In this document: positions 1 to 11,504 of the stretch, in pieces
Numbering within the stretch: position 1 is the stretch's first letter
Layout of the letters: each line of letters begins with the position of its first letter
NCBI GenBank assembly: GCA_965287045.1
Contig: OZ336882.1
Coordinates: 20,336,001-20,400,000 of the forward strand
Direction: 5' to 3'
Length of the DNA: 64,000 nucleotides
Source of the DNA: Carcharhinus amblyrhynchos
Taxonomy: Eukaryota
The notes under the pieces: generated by a model
What the model saw: the letters and a program-made list of their open reading frames with translations, nothing else
Databases searched by the model: none
What the model was told of the DNA's origin: nothing
Position numbers and translations under genes: made by a program

Positions 1-843
1 CATGCAAAGTACTAGAATCTGTTATAAATAATGTGATAAATGGACACTTGGATAATAATCATCTGATTCAGCATCCCCAACATGGATTTATGAATGGGAT
101 ATCAAGTTTGACGAATCTGTTTGGGAGGTTTTGAGGATGTCACTAACAGAATTGATAAGGGGAAGTCGGTGGATGTTGTAGACTTGAATTTTCAGAAGGC
201 TTTTGATAAATTCCTCCAAAGGAGGTCAGTTAACAAAATTAAAGCACTTAGAAGGTAGTATACTGGTGTGGATTAAGGATTTGTTTACAGACAGAAAACA
301 AAGAGTATGAATAAATGGATCATTCTTGCATTGGCATAACTACTGGGATACTGTAGGAACTAGTACTCACGCTCCAGCTGTTCACAATATATATTAATGA
401 TTTGGGTGTGAGAACCAAATGCAATATTTCTAAGTTCACGGATGACACAAATGTAGGTGGAAATGTGTGTTGTGAGGAAGATGCAAAGCAGCTTCAAGAG
501 GGATTGGACAGTCTTAGTGGGTGGACAAGAATGTGGCTGATGGAATATCAGTGGAAAAATGTGAAGTTATCCACCTTGGTAGAAGGAACAGATGCACAAA
601 GTATTTCTTAAATGGTAAGAGATTAGAAAGTGTAGATGTACAAAGGTACCTAAATGCCCTCATCAATAAGTCACTGAAGGCTAACATGCAGATCCAGCAA
701 GCAATTAGGATAGTGAATGATACGTTGGCCTTTATCATAAGGATTTCAGTACGTGAGTAGCAAAGCCTTGCTTCAACATGGTTAGATCGCACTCTATAGT
801 ACTGTGTGCAGTTTGGTCCCCTCATTTTAGGAAGGATGTTATT
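1..843 (+). mobile_element. Decayed CR1-clade LINE, RT region (left part of a copy split by the 844-2575 insertion)
   Basis: Broken RT motifs: NFQKAFDK near 187-210, SKFTDDT in ORF 402..611, KCEVIHLGRRN in ORF 521..760; many frameshifts. Confidence 0.85.
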
Positions 844-2575
844 AAGAACATAAGAACTAGGAGCAGGAGTAAGTCATCTGGCCCCTCGAGCCTGCCCCGC
901 CATTCAATAAGATCATGGCTGATTGGCTGATCTTTTCATGGACTCAGCTTCACTTACCCGCCAGCTTATCATAACCTTTAATTCCTTTACTGTTCAAAAA
1001 TGTATCTATCCTTGCCTTAAAAACATTCAATGAGGTAGCCTCAACTGCTTCACTGGGCAGGGAATTCCACAGATTCACAACCCTTTGTGTGAAGAAGTTT
1101 CTCCTCAACTCAGTCCTAAATCTGCTTCCCCTTATTTTGAGGCTATGCCCCCTAGTTCTAGTTTCACCCGCCAGTGGAAACAACTTCCCTTCTTCTATCT
1201 TATCTATTCCCTTCATAACCTTGTATATTTCTATTAGATCCCCTCTCATTCTCCTGAATTCCAATGAGTATAGCCCCAGACTATTCAGTCTCTCCTAATA
1301 AGCCAACCCTCTCAACTCCAAAATCAATCTAGTGAATCTCCTCTGCACCCCTCCAGTGCCAATATCTCCTTTCTCAAGTGAGGAGACCAAAACTGTACAC
1401 AATACTCTAGGTGTGGCCTCACCAGCACCTTATACAGTTGCAACATAACCTCACTGTTTTTAAACATCATCCCTCTAGCAACAAAGGACAAAATTCCATT
1501 TGCCTTCTTAATTACCTGCTGCACCTGCAAACCAACCCCTTGAGATTCCTGCACAAGGACATCCAGATCCCTCTGCAGAGCAGCATGCTGCCATTTTTTA
1601 CCATTTAAGTAATGGTCCATTTTGCTGTATTCCTCCCAAAATGGATGACCTCACATTTACCAACATTGTACTCCATCTGCCAGACCCTCGCCCACTCATT
1701 TAGATTATCTATACCCCTTTGCAGACTTTCAGCGTCCTCTGCACACTTTGCTCTGCCACTCATCTTAGTGTCATCTGCGAATTTTGACACACTACACTTG
1801 GTCCCCAACTCCAAATCATCTGTATAAATTGTAAACAATTGTCCCAACACAGTCCCAACACTGATCCCTGAGGCACACCACTAGTCACTGATCGCCAATC
1901 AGAAAAACACCCATTTACCTCCACTCTTTGCTTTCTGGTAGTTAACCAATTCTCTATCCTTGCTAATACATTATCCGTAACACCGTGCACCTTTATCTTA
2001 CGTTGCAACCTTTGGTGCATCATCTTGTCAAATGCCTTCTGGAAATCCAGATACATCACATCCACAGGTTCCCCATTGTCCACTGCATATGTAACGTTCT
2101 CTAAGAATTCCACTGAATTAGTCAAATATGACCTTCCCTTCATGAATCCATGCTGCGTCTCACCAATGGGACAATTTATATCCAGCTGTCTCGCTATTTC
2201 TTCCTTGATGAAAGATTTAAGCATTTTCCCTACTACAGAAGTTAAGCTAACCAGTCTATAGATGCCTTTTGTCTACTTCCTTTTTTAAATAGCAGCGTCA
2301 CATTTGCTGTTTTCCAATCTGCGGGAACCACCCCAGAGTCCAGCGAATTTTGGTAAATTACCACTAGTGCATTTGCTATTTCTCCCGCTGTTTTAGTACC
2401 CTGGGATGCATTCCATCAGGACAAGTTTAGCCCCATTAATTTGCCCAACACTATCTCTTTTGTGATAATGATAGTTTCTAGGTTCTCACCTGCCATAGCC
2501 TTCCTGTCATCAATTTTTGGCATGTTATTTGTGTCTTCTACTGTGAAGACCGACACAAGATATCTGTCCAACGCC
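844..2575 (-). mobile_element. CR1-clade LINE (RT plus 3' end) inserted antisense into an older CR1
   Basis: Minus-strand ORFs with YLDFQKAFDK, SGVPQGSVLG, SKFADDTK, VRPHLEYCVQFWSP and RRNFFTQRVVNLWNSLP; 3' tail (TTCTTATG)n at about 845-860. Confidence 0.92.
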
Positions 2576-2584
2576 TTTCCAAAG

Positions 2585-3050
2585 TGGGAATGTAACAAAG
2601 GTTCACCAGACTTGTTTTCAGGGTGGCAGAGCTGTCCTATGAAAAGAGATTGGGGAAATTAGGCCTGTATTCTCTAAGTTTTCAAAATGAGAGGCAATCT
2701 CATTGAAACCTACAAAATATTTAAAGGAATAGGGTTTTGAGTGTCGAGTACTGGGAACACAATTTTAAAATAAGGGGAAAGCCACATAGGACTGAGATTT
2801 GGAGAAATGTTTTTACTCAAAGGGTTGCGAATCAGGGATTCCAATGATTTACCCCAGAGAGCTATAGGAACTCAGTCGTTGAGTATGTTTAAGGTAAAAA
2901 GTTGACAGATTTCTAAATACCAATGACATAGAGGGATATGGGGATAGTGTGGGAAAAAGGCATTGAGGTGGATGATCAGGCATGATCGTATTGAATGTCA
3001 GAGCAGAGTTGATGGGCTGAATGGCCTAAGCCTTCTCCTATGTTCTCTGG
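2585..3050 (+). mobile_element. Continuation and 3' end of the + strand CR1 begun at 1-843
   Basis: Resumes with CAAAGGTTCACCAGAC (QRFTR); then TTTTACTCAAAGGGTTG and a CR1 3' UTR (GATGGGCTGAATGGCCT...CCTATGTT). Confidence 0.75.
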
Positions 3051-3605
3051 GCTCCTTGTGCTTTATTTGTTCTTTCAACTCCATTCCACTTAAGTTGCTA
3101 ATCACCTCAACATTTTTACGATTTTTATATAGGCAGGTCAGCAGTGTTGAGGCTGAAATGAGGTCAGCCATGATCATATTAGATGGCAGTGGAGGCTTGA
3201 GAGGCTAAGTTGCCTCCTCTTGCTCCTAGTTCTTACGAACCTTTCCTTCGGCCCCCGTGCTAACCAATAAATTGTCGTATTAAACTGTTCTTTTCAGTTT
3301 AAGTACATACATCATGAACCTTCTCAAATAAAAATGCACCCTTAGCCCTTCTTTCTTTGCATCCTGAAACTCCTATCTAGGGAGAAGTAGAGAAAAATAA
3401 TAAATAGCATACAGATGAAATAGATTATACCTTGGCTGCAGAGTGAAAGATCACCGCTACAAGTGTATTCCTAGCAAAGGGAAAGGAAGAGCTACCTCAT
3501 AATCATCTTGTGTACCACTACATCCTATCGTTGATGGCCACAACACTGTTAATGCTTTCCAAAATGGAAATACTCACCATATTTGTCTTTTGGTTTGATT
3601 TTCAG

Positions 3606-4367
3606 TTTGTTTCAGGAGTTCAGCAAGCAGCAGAAAGGCTCAACAATGCCTTTATGGCACTGGAAGGATGCTCACTACCCAAATTCTCCAGGGTAGGTCA
3701 CAAGGACAGGTCAGGACATTGGTTTTCAGCCACTAATTCCATCATTGGAAGGGGGATAATGTTCGCTGTTAAAGAAGGCAGAATAACGACAGGTGTGACC
3801 ACCCTTGCAAGTGAAGACAGTCGGAAAATAGCATCCATTCTTAACAACGCATATTATTTAGACAAAATGCACTACACTATCAATGGGAGGGATTCACACT
3901 ATTTGGTGAAAATTGGTTCGTCGGATGGAGACCTAGCAACTTTGGGCATGACAAGTGGTCGAAAAGTGCTGGAGAATGGAATTAACGTCACCGTTTCGCA
4001 GCCAACAATTCTGCTTAATGGAAGGACTCGAAGGTTCACAAACATTGAACTTCAGTATAGTGCCCTATTGCTAAATATTCGCTATGGAATTACACCAGAT
4101 ACGCTGGAAGAGGAAAGAGCGCGGCTGCTCGACCAGGCGAGGTTAAGAGCTCTAGTGAATGCCTGGACTAAAGAACAGCAGAAGGCCAGGGATGGCAAGG
4201 AAGGAAACCGACTGTGGACAGAAGGTGAAAAACAACAATTGCTGAGCTCTGGCCGAGTTCAAGGATATGATGGGTACTATGTGTTGCCTGTGGAACAGTA
4301 CCCGGAGCTGGCAGACAGCCCCAGCAATATTCAGTTCCTGAGACAGAACGAGATGGGAAAGAGGTAA
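3606..4367 (+). CDS. TENM2: Teneurin-2 terminal coding exon (ABD / Tox-GHH region with TCAP-2)
   Basis: Acceptor TTCAG at 3601-3605, phase 0. Translation FVSGVQQ...[10 protein letters not shown]...[11 protein letters not shown]...[28 protein letters not shown], stop TAA 4365-4367. VLPVEQ and RQNEMGKR match teneurin-2; the other paralogs end RQSE(I/M)G(R/K)R. Confidence 0.96.
   Translation, partial: FVSGVQQAAERLNNAFMALEGCSLPKFSRVGHKDRSGHWFSATNSIIGRGIMFAVKEGRITTGVTTLASEDSRKIASILNNAYYLDKMHYTINGRDSHYLVKIGSSDGDLATLGMTSGRKVLENGINVTVSQPTILLNGRTRRFTNIELQYSALLLNIRYGITPDTLEEERARLLDQARLRALVNAWTKEQQKARDGKEGNRLWTEGEKQQLLSSGRVQGYDGYYVLPVEQYPELADSPSNIQFLRQNEMGKR
4233..4364 (+). other. TCAP-2 (teneurin C-terminal associated peptide, 41 aa) plus GKR amidation/cleavage motif
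   Basis: [41 protein letters not shown] followed by GKR and the stop codon. Confidence 0.88.
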
Positions 4368-5610
4368 CAAACCGAAATGCTGTCATCTCTGGCAAGAGCC
4401 GGAAGGGTGATCGCAATCACTATCTCCTCTCCTAAGGAGATGGAAACTCTAAAGGGGATGCAGAAAGTAAGTGACCTTGGGAACTGAAGAGAAGTTTCAA
4501 ATTCATGTGATATGAGTTTTCACCTTGTTCTTCAGCATTTGAGGACTCTCTGGAGTGGACTGGAACCCAAAGAGAAACTGCTTACTTAACAAGTACCCCT
4601 TTTTATAGGATAGCTCAGATCCTCTGGGCTTATATTGAAAAAAAGACAAATCTCTCTTCTTGACTCAGTAAACTTACTGCCTCATGGGTATCTCATTTAA
4701 AAGACTTGAGTCCAAAATGCCCATCTTGAATGAAACAGGAACTTCATAATTGCAACCTTTTTGTAATATATGCCCCGAAGGAAAACTTGTTTGAGCATAC
4801 CGGAAATGTACTGATCTGTCGAAGCCTGGGCCAGACTTCTTACACTGATGTATTGTTTTGTTTATTGCCATAGCAACTGTAGTGGACACAGTAAGCCTTG
4901 GAGGTTCTAGTTACTGCATTCCTACTTGGGAGGGGGTGGGGAGGGCCATAATGTTTCTGAGGACGTGACGTAATTAATAAACAAAATATGTTATTGTCAT
5001 ACACACCGTCGTACTCTTTTTAAAAAGAAATTTAAATAAACCTACGTTGTGGACAGATTGACGTTTGCAGGGTGTAGTCTGCATAGTTTCTTAAAAGTAG
5101 TCGTCAGTAATGGTTTATGGTAGAGTTGTGGCCAATGTTTCACTGCTACAAATGGCACTGCTTTTCACTGACCCTGTTCACTGAGGCACAGGAGAGGGAA
5201 GGGGAAGGGGGCAGGAGGCACAGTTGCTGCTAACAAAGTTAAACGATCGATGATGGGACCCTGCTCACTTTTGACTTGCCTCTCAAATTACGACAATCAC
5301 GCTGCAGTCACCAGAAGGCAAATTGAGAACTTTATTATTACTTTTTTTTTGTAATACTGTATCTGGAAGAATTGTCCATGGAGGTTTTTTTTTAAATTAA
5401 TTTCTGATGTTGCTGCTCAGCAAATATTAGTCACAGGAAATAAAAAAAATAATTTATGTAAAGGTGTTTCAAAAATGTTTATATACTTTAAAATAAAGTC
5501 TTTAAAACTGAAACATGTCTGATATTGTGAACCCATATTTATAGAATATTACAACCTTGTCCTTGGGTATTCAACTATTTTCAAAATAAAGTTTGAGCTG
5601 TGATCTATCT
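4368..5610 (+). terminator. TENM2 3' UTR with several polyadenylation signals
   Basis: Repeat-free sequence after the stop. AATAAA at 4976, 5035, 5439, 5492 and 5585, with a GT-rich tract after the last. TEs resume at about 5678. Confidence 0.65.
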
Positions 5611-5677
5611 TTGTCAGTAATGTTGTTTCAACTAAGTTGTAACGGACGTCAGAAAGAATCATGAACAATCAGAGATT

Positions 5678-5850
5678 AACAAAGAACAAAGAAAATTGCA
5701 GCACAGGAACAGGCCCTTCGGCCCTCCAAGCCTGCACCGACCATGCTGTCTGACTGAACTAAAAGTCTCTACCATTCTGGGGGCTATATGCCTCCATTCC
5801 CAGCCTATTCATATATTTGTCCAAATGTCCCTTAAAAGTCACCATCGTAT
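5678..5850 (-). mobile_element. CR1 3' end fragment
   Basis: AACAAAG tail repeats followed by CAGCACAGGAACAGGCCCTTCGGCCC, the reverse complement of the CR1 3' stem-loop. Confidence 0.75.
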
Positions 5851-5979
5851 CTAGTATCTATCGTATCTCCAGATTGTGACAATGGTATTGACTAAATCCT
5901 AATGTTAACTAGGTGCCTGCTGATAAAGCTTCAACATGAAGAGTGTATTCTACTGCAGTTCAAATTTCATGATCAGCTG

Positions 5980-6300
5980 CTATTTTTGAAAAACATGAAG
6001 GGTCCATTCACAACTCTCAGTACTGGGCCCCGTTTCAAAGGTGGTCGCGAGTCGATCATCAGAAAGGTCGATGTCAAGCAGGATGTTAAGGAGAAGAGGA
6101 ACTAGAGAGGTAGCAGTGGGATTTAAAATGTCATCGGCACACCCCTGAAAGATGACTTCACGTTTGCCAATGATGCCACCAAGAGGTAGCATGTAAATGA
6201 TAAAGGGGAAGCCAATGACAGAAACTTAGGAATTTCTGCGGAGGAAACTGTAATGGTGAGAACATAAACATTTGCTAGATGTGCTGTGGTTAGCAATCAC
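5980..6300 (-). mobile_element. L2-clade LINE RT fragment
   Basis: YMLPLGGII...FQGCADD resembles the L2 motif YMLPLG..I...H.YADD. Confidence 0.65.
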
Positions 6301-6374
6301 ATAGGACTTGAAGAGGTTTATTCAGACCAGCAGGACAATTCACCATGTAGTTGGCATTGGTGATCCTGCACCTA

Positions 6375-6692
6375 AAGTTTAAAGTTTATTTATTCGTGTC
6401 ACAAGTAAGCTTACATTAACATTGCAATGAAGTTACTGTGAAAATCCTCTCGTCGTCGTCACACTCCGGTGCCTGTTTAACCACACGGGGGGAGAATTTA
6501 GCATGGTCAATGCACCTAACCAGCTGTGGGAGCAGCAGGACTATGGAAGGAAACTGGAGCACCCAGAGGAAACCCACACAGACATGGGGAGAACATGCAA
6601 ACTCAGCATAGACAGTGACCCAAGCTGGAAGTCGAACCTAGGTCCCTGACACAGAGGCAGCAGTGCTGGCCACTGTGCCACCATGCCACCCT
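6375..6692 (-). mobile_element. tRNA-derived HE1/V-SINE-type SINE with AATAAATAAACTTTA tail
   Basis: Reverse complement of head GGTGGCATGGTGGCACAGTGG; V-domain TTTCCTCTGGGTGCTCCAGTTTCC; tail at 6375-6425. Confidence 0.85.
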
Positions 6693-7414
6693 ACTTGGTG
6701 CAGTGATCAAAAATGGTTTCTGTACTTCAGGACAATTGTGAAATTATTAGAGGTAAGGGTTATGGAGGAGAAATTTTCTACCGAGCACTTTACTCTCCAG
6801 GAAGCATGATGAAGGGAGTTTGATGAAAATCTTTAACATTTTATGGGTTTAGAGAACTTGAATTAAAGCAAATACTTCTCACGGATACAGGATTCAAGTT
6901 CTAGAGAACATTGTTTAAGGATACCAAGAGAAATTAGGAAATCTAATCGATTGATGTAAAGTGAATCACCAGTGAAGTTGGAGAACAGGGAGGTATAGAA
7001 AGTTTAAAAAGTAATTAGACCAATTGCTATTTGGAAAAGGTATACAGGGTTCCAAAGGTATACTTATTCCAAAATTACAGCAACAAAATGAGGGGGTGAT
7101 TTGGAAGAGAAGGCTAAATGGACATATGGTTTTTATATGAACTATGTCTTTGGTAACATTCAGCATTAAACAAAAGCCACCAATGACAAAGAATCAATGA
7201 AATTGTTCAAAATATTTTTTGAAAACCATCTCAATTGTCATCTTGTTTTTGCACTAAGCGAGGAGGTTTCTTGGGAACTAAGATTTGCAACAATAACTAT
7301 TGCGTCCAGCACATGTGAAATGTCCATCGCACAAAGTATTCTAATTGTTTCAAATTTTGCAGGATCCAATGTCTCCAAGGACATCACTAACAAACTTATC
7401 AAGGTCAGAAAATA

Positions 7415-7770
7415 TGGATTTTTTTAATTCATTCTTGGGATATGGGCATCGCTGGTTGGCCAGCATTTCTTGCCCAGCTCTAGATGCCCAAGGGCAGTTG
7501 AGAGTCAACCACATTGCCATGGCTCTGAAGCCACGTGTAGGCCAGACCAGGTAAGAAAGGCAGATTTCCTTCCCTAAAGGCCATTAGTGAACCAGATGGG
7601 TTTTTCCAACAATCAACAATGGTTATCAATAGATTCTTCATTCCCGATATTTTTTCTTGAATTCAAATTCCACCATCTGTCATGGTGGGTTTCGAACTCG
7701 GATCCCCAGGACATTAGCTGAGTTCTTGGATTAATCGTCAAGTGATAATACCACCAGGCTGTCGCCTCAC
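7415..7770 (-). mobile_element. SacSINE1-like (Deu-domain) tRNA SINE
   Basis: Reverse complement of GGGAAGGAAATCTGCC...CCTGGTCTGGCCTACACGTGGCTTCAG...GCAATGTGGTTGACTCTC; tRNA B-box-like GTTCGAAACCC. Confidence 0.7.
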
Positions 7771-7899
7771 TCGAGAGGTCCCAGGGGCAGGATTCAAGGT
7801 AAAAAAGAGAGAGTGGGAATGAAGGGCAGTTATTCAAAGTGGCAGGAGGTGTGAAGTGATGTTCCACAAGGTTGAGTGCTCGGATCACTGCTGTTTCCA

Positions 7900-8450
7900 A
7901 CTTAGACTAACTTCAGTACTGACGAAGACTGCAACAAATGACAGGAGGACATTAAAAAACTTGCAGAATAACAGACAATTGGCAAATGGAGTTTGACGCA
8001 CAGTGTATTTTGGTCAGAAGAACAGGAAAGGCACTTATTACCTGGGAAACGAAAGTCCAAGTCAGGTAGAGGAACAAAGGGATCTCAGAGCACAAATACA
8101 TCAATGACTAATAGTTGCACCACAAGTCAGCAAAGCCATAGAAAGTAAGCCAAGCATTAGATCTTATTACTAGAGAGATTGAATAGAAAAATATGGAAGT
8201 TCTGCTAAATCTGTATTGAACATTGATTCGACCACACAGGGTACTGTGTTGCAGTTCTGGTCACTGTGTTATAGAACTGAGAGATATGTATATATGCACT
8301 GGTGAGCATGTAGTAAAGATTTACAACAGTGATACCAGAAATATCCTATTAGGAAATGGTTGGCAGGTTGGCTCTCCTCTGACTTGAAAACAAAAGGCTA
8401 AGTAGGGGTTTGAAAATTATGATTGTAGGATAGGAGACTAAAAGCTTGGT
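7900..8450 (+). mobile_element. Old CR1 RT C-terminal fragment
   Basis: Degenerate TGGCAAATGGAGTTTG (WQMEF) and GCAGTTCTGGTCAC (QFWS). Confidence 0.6.
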
Positions 8451-8464
8451 TTTAATGAGCATCT

Positions 8465-8760
8465 TTCATAGAATCCCTACAATGCAGAAGGAGGCCATTT
8501 GGCCCATCAAGCCTGCACCAATGTCACCCAGGCCTTACCCACATAACCCCACATATTTACCCTGTTAATCTCCCTGACACTAAGGGTCAATTTAATGTGG
8601 CCAATCAATCTAACCCACACATGTTTGGAGAGTGGGAGGAAACTCACTCAGATAGAGGGAGAATGTGCAAACTCCATACAAACAGTGAGCCGAGGCCAGA
8701 ATTGAACCCAGGTCCTTGGCATTGTGATGGAGCAGCGCTTGCCACTGTACCACTGTGCTA
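8465..8760 (-). mobile_element. HE1/V-SINE-type SINE with CR1-type tail
   Basis: CATAGAATCCCTACAATGCAGAAGGAGGCCATTTGGCCCATC tail; head GCCACTGTACCACTGTGC. Confidence 0.85.
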
Positions 8761-10309
8761 CACTTATTGGAGGAGGGTGAGATTAAGAGGTATGGAGGAA
8801 ATTCAAGACAAGACAGCTGAAGGCTGAGGTGGAGCAATAAAAGTCTTTCAAGTGCAAAGTACAGTCTATAGCTGATTAAGATTTTACCGTGCTTAATTTT
8901 TTAAGATGCCATTTACCTTTTTGGTTTGTTTGGTTTATTTATTCATGGGATCTCAGCAGCAGTGGCAAGGCTAGCATTTATTGTCCATTGAAATGTCCCC
9001 TGAGCAGCTGGTGATGGTCTATTTCCTTGAACTGCCACAGTCCTTGTGGTATAGGTAAGGACTAAAGTGGTGAAATGCATGTACAGGGTTTTGACTACTT
9101 TCCAATTCAAAATTCACATAAGATATGATTTGGATACATAATGGGAGGCTGTAAGCCAAAATAAACACACAAAAAAACTAAGATAAATAATAAATTATAT
9201 TTTACAACATCCCATCTCTGGGTTTATCTTCAGACACAGGTCTGGAACACTGACGGAAATGAAAAGATTTACCCTTTGGGATACACTCATTGCCAATTGT
9301 AAGGATTGGTTGAATTGTCTGAATGACATTGGGTGAGTTTCTTGACACATGGTGCGTTTCACAGTGACAGGAGGCAGTCCGCCATTTACTGATGGTGGGA
9401 TCTTCTGGCCACATCTCTGTCGATGGGATTTACCATTGAATCCACCTCACTAGGAAACCCGCGGCAGAGGTGAGCCATAAGCAGGACCAGAAGATGCAGC
9501 CAGTAAGTCGGGCGGGATCCAGTTTTTAACTGAAAGAAAAGATGGAAAATTCTGAACTTTTAGTCATCTATGATATATGTTATTGCACCTCACTGTTTCA
9601 ATGATGAGCAGCACTGATTCATATTGGTATCAAGTCATAGGCAAAAGAAAGACCCAGGTTTAACTCTTAATTTATTCTGAATTAATTGATCTTATGGTTC
9701 GCCAAAGAGTACAGTCTGTATTCTCTACTGGATTTATAATCAGCGTAGCAGGTCAGGGGAGAAGAAAAGCTCAGCAACAGTTTTGACTTTTGGCATCTAC
9801 CACTATCAGCTAGGAAATGAGTGTGTGCATCTGTGTGTGTGAACATTGTTCTTGAGAAATAAACCTGTAACAGAATCTACAAGCACTCGGAGCTAACATC
9901 AATGAATGCATTTAATAATGACAATACCTATGTAATTAATCTTTCTCAAAGGAACATGTTCAGGCTTGTCAAATGGATGTGGAGAATGTTCCCAGTTTTA
10001 GAACAGTGTTAGTCGTACCTTTCGAAAGGGGAGGTACTTCATTCCCTTTTGAAAGGGAAATGGATATAGAGGTATCAGACCCCTTATCTGGCGTCTCAGA
10101 GTCTGAAAGAACCTGAATACCAGGTCTGCCCTGGACACTACAATGCCCATTAGGTATTGCTGTCTGTCATATCAAGGGTGGGGGCCATTGCTCCCTTGCT
10201 TTTTGAGTCCGACATTAACATTGAAACATACTGTTAAACAACATGTATACCCGGCCAGAACCTGATGAACTGTGAAATTTATTGAAAGCATGGTGAGTTA
10301 TTCAATTTC

Positions 10310-11270
10310 CTCTCTTCCACCTTTTTCCATTGGGAAAAAGATACAAAAGTCTGAAAACACGTACCAACTGACTCAAGAACAGCTTCTTCCCTGCAGTCAT
10401 CAGGCTTTTGAATGGTCCTATCATATACTAAGCTGATCTTTCTCCTCACCTGATTTATCACTGCAACACTATGGGCCCAATTTTACCATTAAGTTCCGCC
10501 CGATTTCGGGCGTGAGAACTTGGTAAAGTCGGGCATGAGGCGAGTAGCACAATCCATGCCCGCCTCTATGCTGGCGCGAAATAGACATGCTCCATATTCG
10601 TTGGATTCAGGCGCTCCATCAATGAGGATGAGTGAGGAAGTAAGTGCCTAGCGTCCGACAGCTGTCTGCTTGAGGTAAGTAGGGGAGGGGGTGGAGGGGT
10701 GGGGGGAAGGGACGGAAGGTGAGTCCGCTGCCACTCTGCCTGAGATCAGTGGGAGTGAGGGAGAAGGGAGGAGGGGCCCATGATCGGTCTGGTTGGGTGG
10801 GGATGTGGGGGGATAAGGAATCAGTAATGTTGTAAGGGTGGGGCAATGTCAGTGGGGTCCAGTGGGAGGCATTATCCATCCTGGGAGGGATGTGGTAGGG
10901 GAGCAGCTTTCTATCATTTATTTCCTGTGCATGTGCAGTTGGAGGCGCCGATCAGAGCTGCAGGTTTCAGGCGTGCTAAGCACCAGCCACAAGCTCGGTA
11001 CAGCGCAGTTTGAACTCGCTGATATTTTTGCAGGCAGAGTGCACGTTGGAGCACCTGAGAATGGATCTAAAACTCAGATCCAAAACACTCCCAGATTCAA
11101 ATTCACCCAGCACTTAGAATCAAAATGGTAAAATAAGGCCCAATATTCTGCATCCTCTCCCTCTCCCGTATGTACTCTATAAATGGTATGGTTTGTCTGT
11201 ATAGCGTGCAAGAAAAAATACTTTTCACTGTCTCCTAATACATGTGACAATAATAAACCAATTCAATTCA
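10310..11270 (+). mobile_element. Rex1/Babar LINE 3' end, split by a DNA-transposon insertion
   Basis: CTCAAGAACAGCTTCTTCCC...ATACATGTGACAATAATAAA matches the 3' end of the copy at 42750-42950. Confidence 0.75.
10473..11141. mobile_element. Harbinger/PHIS-like non-autonomous DNA transposon
   Basis: TIRs GGGCCCAATTTTACCATT / AATGGTAAAATAAGGCCC; 3-bp flanks TAT/AAT; related copy at 25295-26011. Confidence 0.65.
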
Positions 11271-11350
11271 ATTTCCATCCCCACCACCCCACCGAGAAAC
11301 CAAACTTCAGAAATTCCCCAAACCTGGAACACACTAGTTTCTAAGCATCG

Positions 11351-11504
11351 CAGATATGGGTCTGGTACCTGTATACAAAAGAAAGCATACCAGATATGGG
11401 TCTGGTACCTGTAATACAAAAGAAAGTATACCAGATATGGGTCTGGTACCTGTATACAAAAGAAAGTATACCAGATATGAGTCTGGTACCTGTATACGAA
11501 AGAA
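11351..11504 (+). repeat. 40-bp minisatellite, about 3.8 copies
   Basis: Unit CAGATATGGGTCTGGTACCTGTATACAAAAGAAAG(C/T)ATAC starting at 11351, 11391, 11432 and 11472. Confidence 0.95.

Larger units (their letters stand above)
10069..11371. mobile_element. Tc1/mariner-pogo-like non-autonomous element (outer layer of a nest)
   Basis: Left end TA|GAGGTATCAGACCCCTTATCTG; right end CAGATATGGGTCTGGTACCTG|TA; imperfect ~22-bp TIRs with TA on both sides. Confidence 0.6.

Noticed and set aside
3510-3605. ORF track start at 3510 as the true start of a 285-aa single-exon gene
   Set aside because: It starts at GTG in intron sequence; teneurin homology begins at the acceptor at 3606. The ATG-leader idea is kept only as a hypothesis
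3606-4367. Bacterial toxin-like (Tox-GHH) domain as recent HGT or contamination
   Set aside because: It is the well-known C-terminus of all teneurins, here in a normal spliced exon with a 3' UTR
6175-6192. CTCF-like GCCACCAAGAGGTAGCA
   Set aside because: It is the antisense of L2 RT coding sequence (MLPLGG) and has core mismatches
10261-10280. CTGATGA-ACTGT-GAAA, resembling a minimal hammerhead core
   Set aside because: Stem II is not credible, I see no supporting stems I or III, and it is not in Penelope context
11351-11504. Regularly spaced direct repeats resembling a CRISPR array
   Set aside because: Units are contiguous and near-identical with no unique spacers; vertebrate context, no cas genes
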